Notes under the pieces: model-generated | The model's database searches: none | What the model saw: the letters and a program-made list of their open reading frames with translations, nothing else | Told to the model about the DNA's origin: nothing | In this document: one piece after another, positions 62,001 through 64,000 of the stretch | How positions within the stretch are numbered: position 1 is the first letter of the stretch | Layout: every line of letters begins with the position of its first letter | Program-made: the position numbers and the translations under genes | From: Bilabrum cf. latius | Taxonomy: Eukaryota | NCBI GenBank assembly: GCA_965178125.1 | Contig: OZ237749.1 | Coordinates: forward strand, 1 to 64,000 | DNA: 64,000 nt | Reading direction: 5' to 3'

Positions 62001-64000
62001 CAGTTGCCTCGCTGAACAACTCTGCATCCAGCTGCACGGTGCTACCGGGGAGACGAGAGGCATCTGCGTCTGACAGGCCCAGCTGGTGCACCTCTGGTCC
62101 AGCTGCGTGCGCTGCAGACGGGCAGGATGACGCTTTGGTATCCGGGTAGGCATCGAGCAGCCGTGCCTGCAGAAGGCCAGAAGCAGACGGGACAAGTGCA
62201 GGGCTGCAGGGCTAGCCAAGCTGAGGTGCCGTGTTGGCTGTTGTCACGCGCAGCTCCACGGCCACCGAAGACACTTGCCACCCTGGCCCTGGGCCCTTTC
62301 TTGACCATGCCTCTCGCACCTGAGAGGCAGTTGGGTCCTTGAGCAAATGTGCTGATACCGTTAGGTAGTCCGTCCCTGTGAATGTCGGCAGGCTGGCGTA
62401 CGTAGTCTGTGCCAGTGCAAGGTTCACCTCGGTGAGCGTGCCCGCAATGGCCTTCCGCGAGGCAGCAAGTCCTCCCGGCTAGCACCCAGGGCTCCAGTCC
62501 AGCTACCCGAAGGCCGAATGCCCGTGCTGCCCCGAGCAGTTCGAGAAGGAAATCTCCGCAAACTCGCTCTCGAGGACAACAAACAGAACATGCTAGCTCT
62601 GCAACTACCCAGGGTACGATAGTTGGAGCCGCGTGTCTTCATCGCGGTAGTTGAACTCGATTGGTCTGCCGAGAGTTACTTGCCTCCGCTCGGGAGCCTC
62701 GAAGCGCACGGCATCGTTGACCTGTGATAGTGCGACAAGCACATCCAGTGCAGTCGGCACCTACTGCGGATTGGGCCCACTCACCGACACGCGGATCACG
62801 TCGTCCTCTGCCTCGTCAGGACCTTGCGCGTAGCCCACACGGAAACTGCCCGATCCAGCTAGTAGCTCCTGCAGCACGGACAGGCTTGCTCTTAAACTGA
62901 GTCGATGATCTTCTAGCGTGATAGCATTCATACCGGCTGCATGGCTCACTGAAACCCCAGCAGCCTAGTCCAGCAACAGTACGTTTCCTCGACTGGCAGT
63001 CAAGTCCAAGTCAAGCATGGCTCCTCCTGATGCTCCTGCATCTGCCCACTCTAGCTAGATCGCCGGTAACATGCCCACTGAGTCTTCTTGCATGGTCAAT
63101 GACGCAGTGCTGTCGTTAGAAAACTGCAGAGAAGGGGCGTCCGGCAGCTGAGTCACGTTTAGGACAACTGCCGTACTAACATCGCCAGCCTCCTGCACGT
63201 ATGTACACACATCAGCTGAGACACCACTAGCAACAAGAAGCTCTGCAGATATGCGGACCAGCCCAGCGTAGTTCTGCGAGGGTGTCCACGCCATGGCAGC
63301 CAGCCATGCATTTGCGCACTTGCTCGTCCCTTTCATGTCCAGGACGTGCGCGCTCCCTCCCTCGCAGGAAGCCCACTCGGTGGCTCCCTCTGGAAGACAG
63401 CCCTCCTCGAAGGAGCCCACGAGCGACAGTGGACCCTCTTGCCCCCTTGCCACCGGGAGGAACTGCCCGGGCGAAATCGCCCTTGCCAGCACCCTCACGG
63501 TAACAGCCTCGAGTTGCCTCAAGCCAGACAACTCAAATAACGCACGTGCGCTCGACACCGCGAGCGAGCGATCTACGGTGGCCAAATCAACAGCGGACGA
63601 GTCGAGCACGACGGTGCGGTCCTCAGGCACACCTATGACTGGGACTCCGGGCCATGGGAGCGACTCGTTCACGTCAATTGTCAGGCGCAAAGCTCGATCA
63701 TTTCTTCGGGAGTTCACCAAATCCAGTATGACAGAGACAGACCGGGGTGTAGGGACTTGCTCCAAGCCGGGCACTTGTGTAGTGCGGTCGCCTCCACCCA
63801 GATCAAGTAAAAGTAAGGAACTTAAAACAGCTGTGGCTGCATCAGCGTACCCGCAGTTGCCTAGGTCAGATAGCACGACCGAGAGCTGGGCGTCATCCAG
63901 AATCGCATCATCTTCACATGAGACAGCGCACCTGGGCAGCATCGAATTGAGAGACTCTAGGGTGCCTCGCAGAACACCTCCGCCAGCTGCTGGCTCAATG
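50035..64000 (-). CDS. Giant extracellular-type protein with cadherin/Ig-like (VNDxP) repeats and ELWxxDGT repeats, more than 4,650 aa; 5' end outside the window
   Basis: About 17 minus-strand ORFs share one frame separated only by TAG (about 32 counted), ending at TGA 50035. Motifs VNDPP/NDAP/RNEAP, Y.P.....G.D, RELW(R/V/S)(T/S)DG(T/S) x5 and YDCPSG. Confidence 0.88.

Noticed and set aside
16746-64000. Mass pseudogenisation as the explanation for internal stops
   Set aside because: The interruptions are exclusively TAG, with no frameshifts or internal TAA/TGA, and catalytic motifs are intact.
16746-64000. Ciliate-type code (TAA and TAG both Gln), or pyrrolysine
   Set aside because: I saw no in-frame TAA in more than 10,000 codons, and TAA ends several genes. 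TAGs are too numerous and fall at Gln-like, non-catalytic sites, which does not fit pyrrolysine.

Overview
This window joins two genomes. Bases 1-3802 are low-GC bacterial DNA (Bacteroidota-like; DUF1015, O-methyltransferase, BNR/sialidase-like protein, pepE and an AlkD-like gene cut mid-CDS). They abut about 1.15 kb of perfect (CCCTAA)n telomere, which starts the left arm of a GC-rich, gene-dense, intron-containing flagellate chromosome. It is probably a stramenopile, given an aureochrome-like bZIP-LOV gene. The junction is most likely a chimeric read or misassembly. The main signal is that the eukaryote uses a non-standard nuclear code. TAG is a sense codon, almost certainly Gln, while TAA and TGA still terminate. 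Reading TAG through merges the fragmented ORF track into about 16 coherent genes, including a >4,650-codon ELWxxDGT/cadherin-like protein with about 30 in-frame TAGs and a ~2,140-aa subtelomeric orphan. Recoding plus splicing also reveals a cupin + phosphomevalonate-kinase-like + deoxynucleoside-kinase fusion, a TPR + prefoldin fusion and the aureochrome. A relic internal chromosome end lies near 15 kb. All homology calls are from motif recognition by eye, with no database search.
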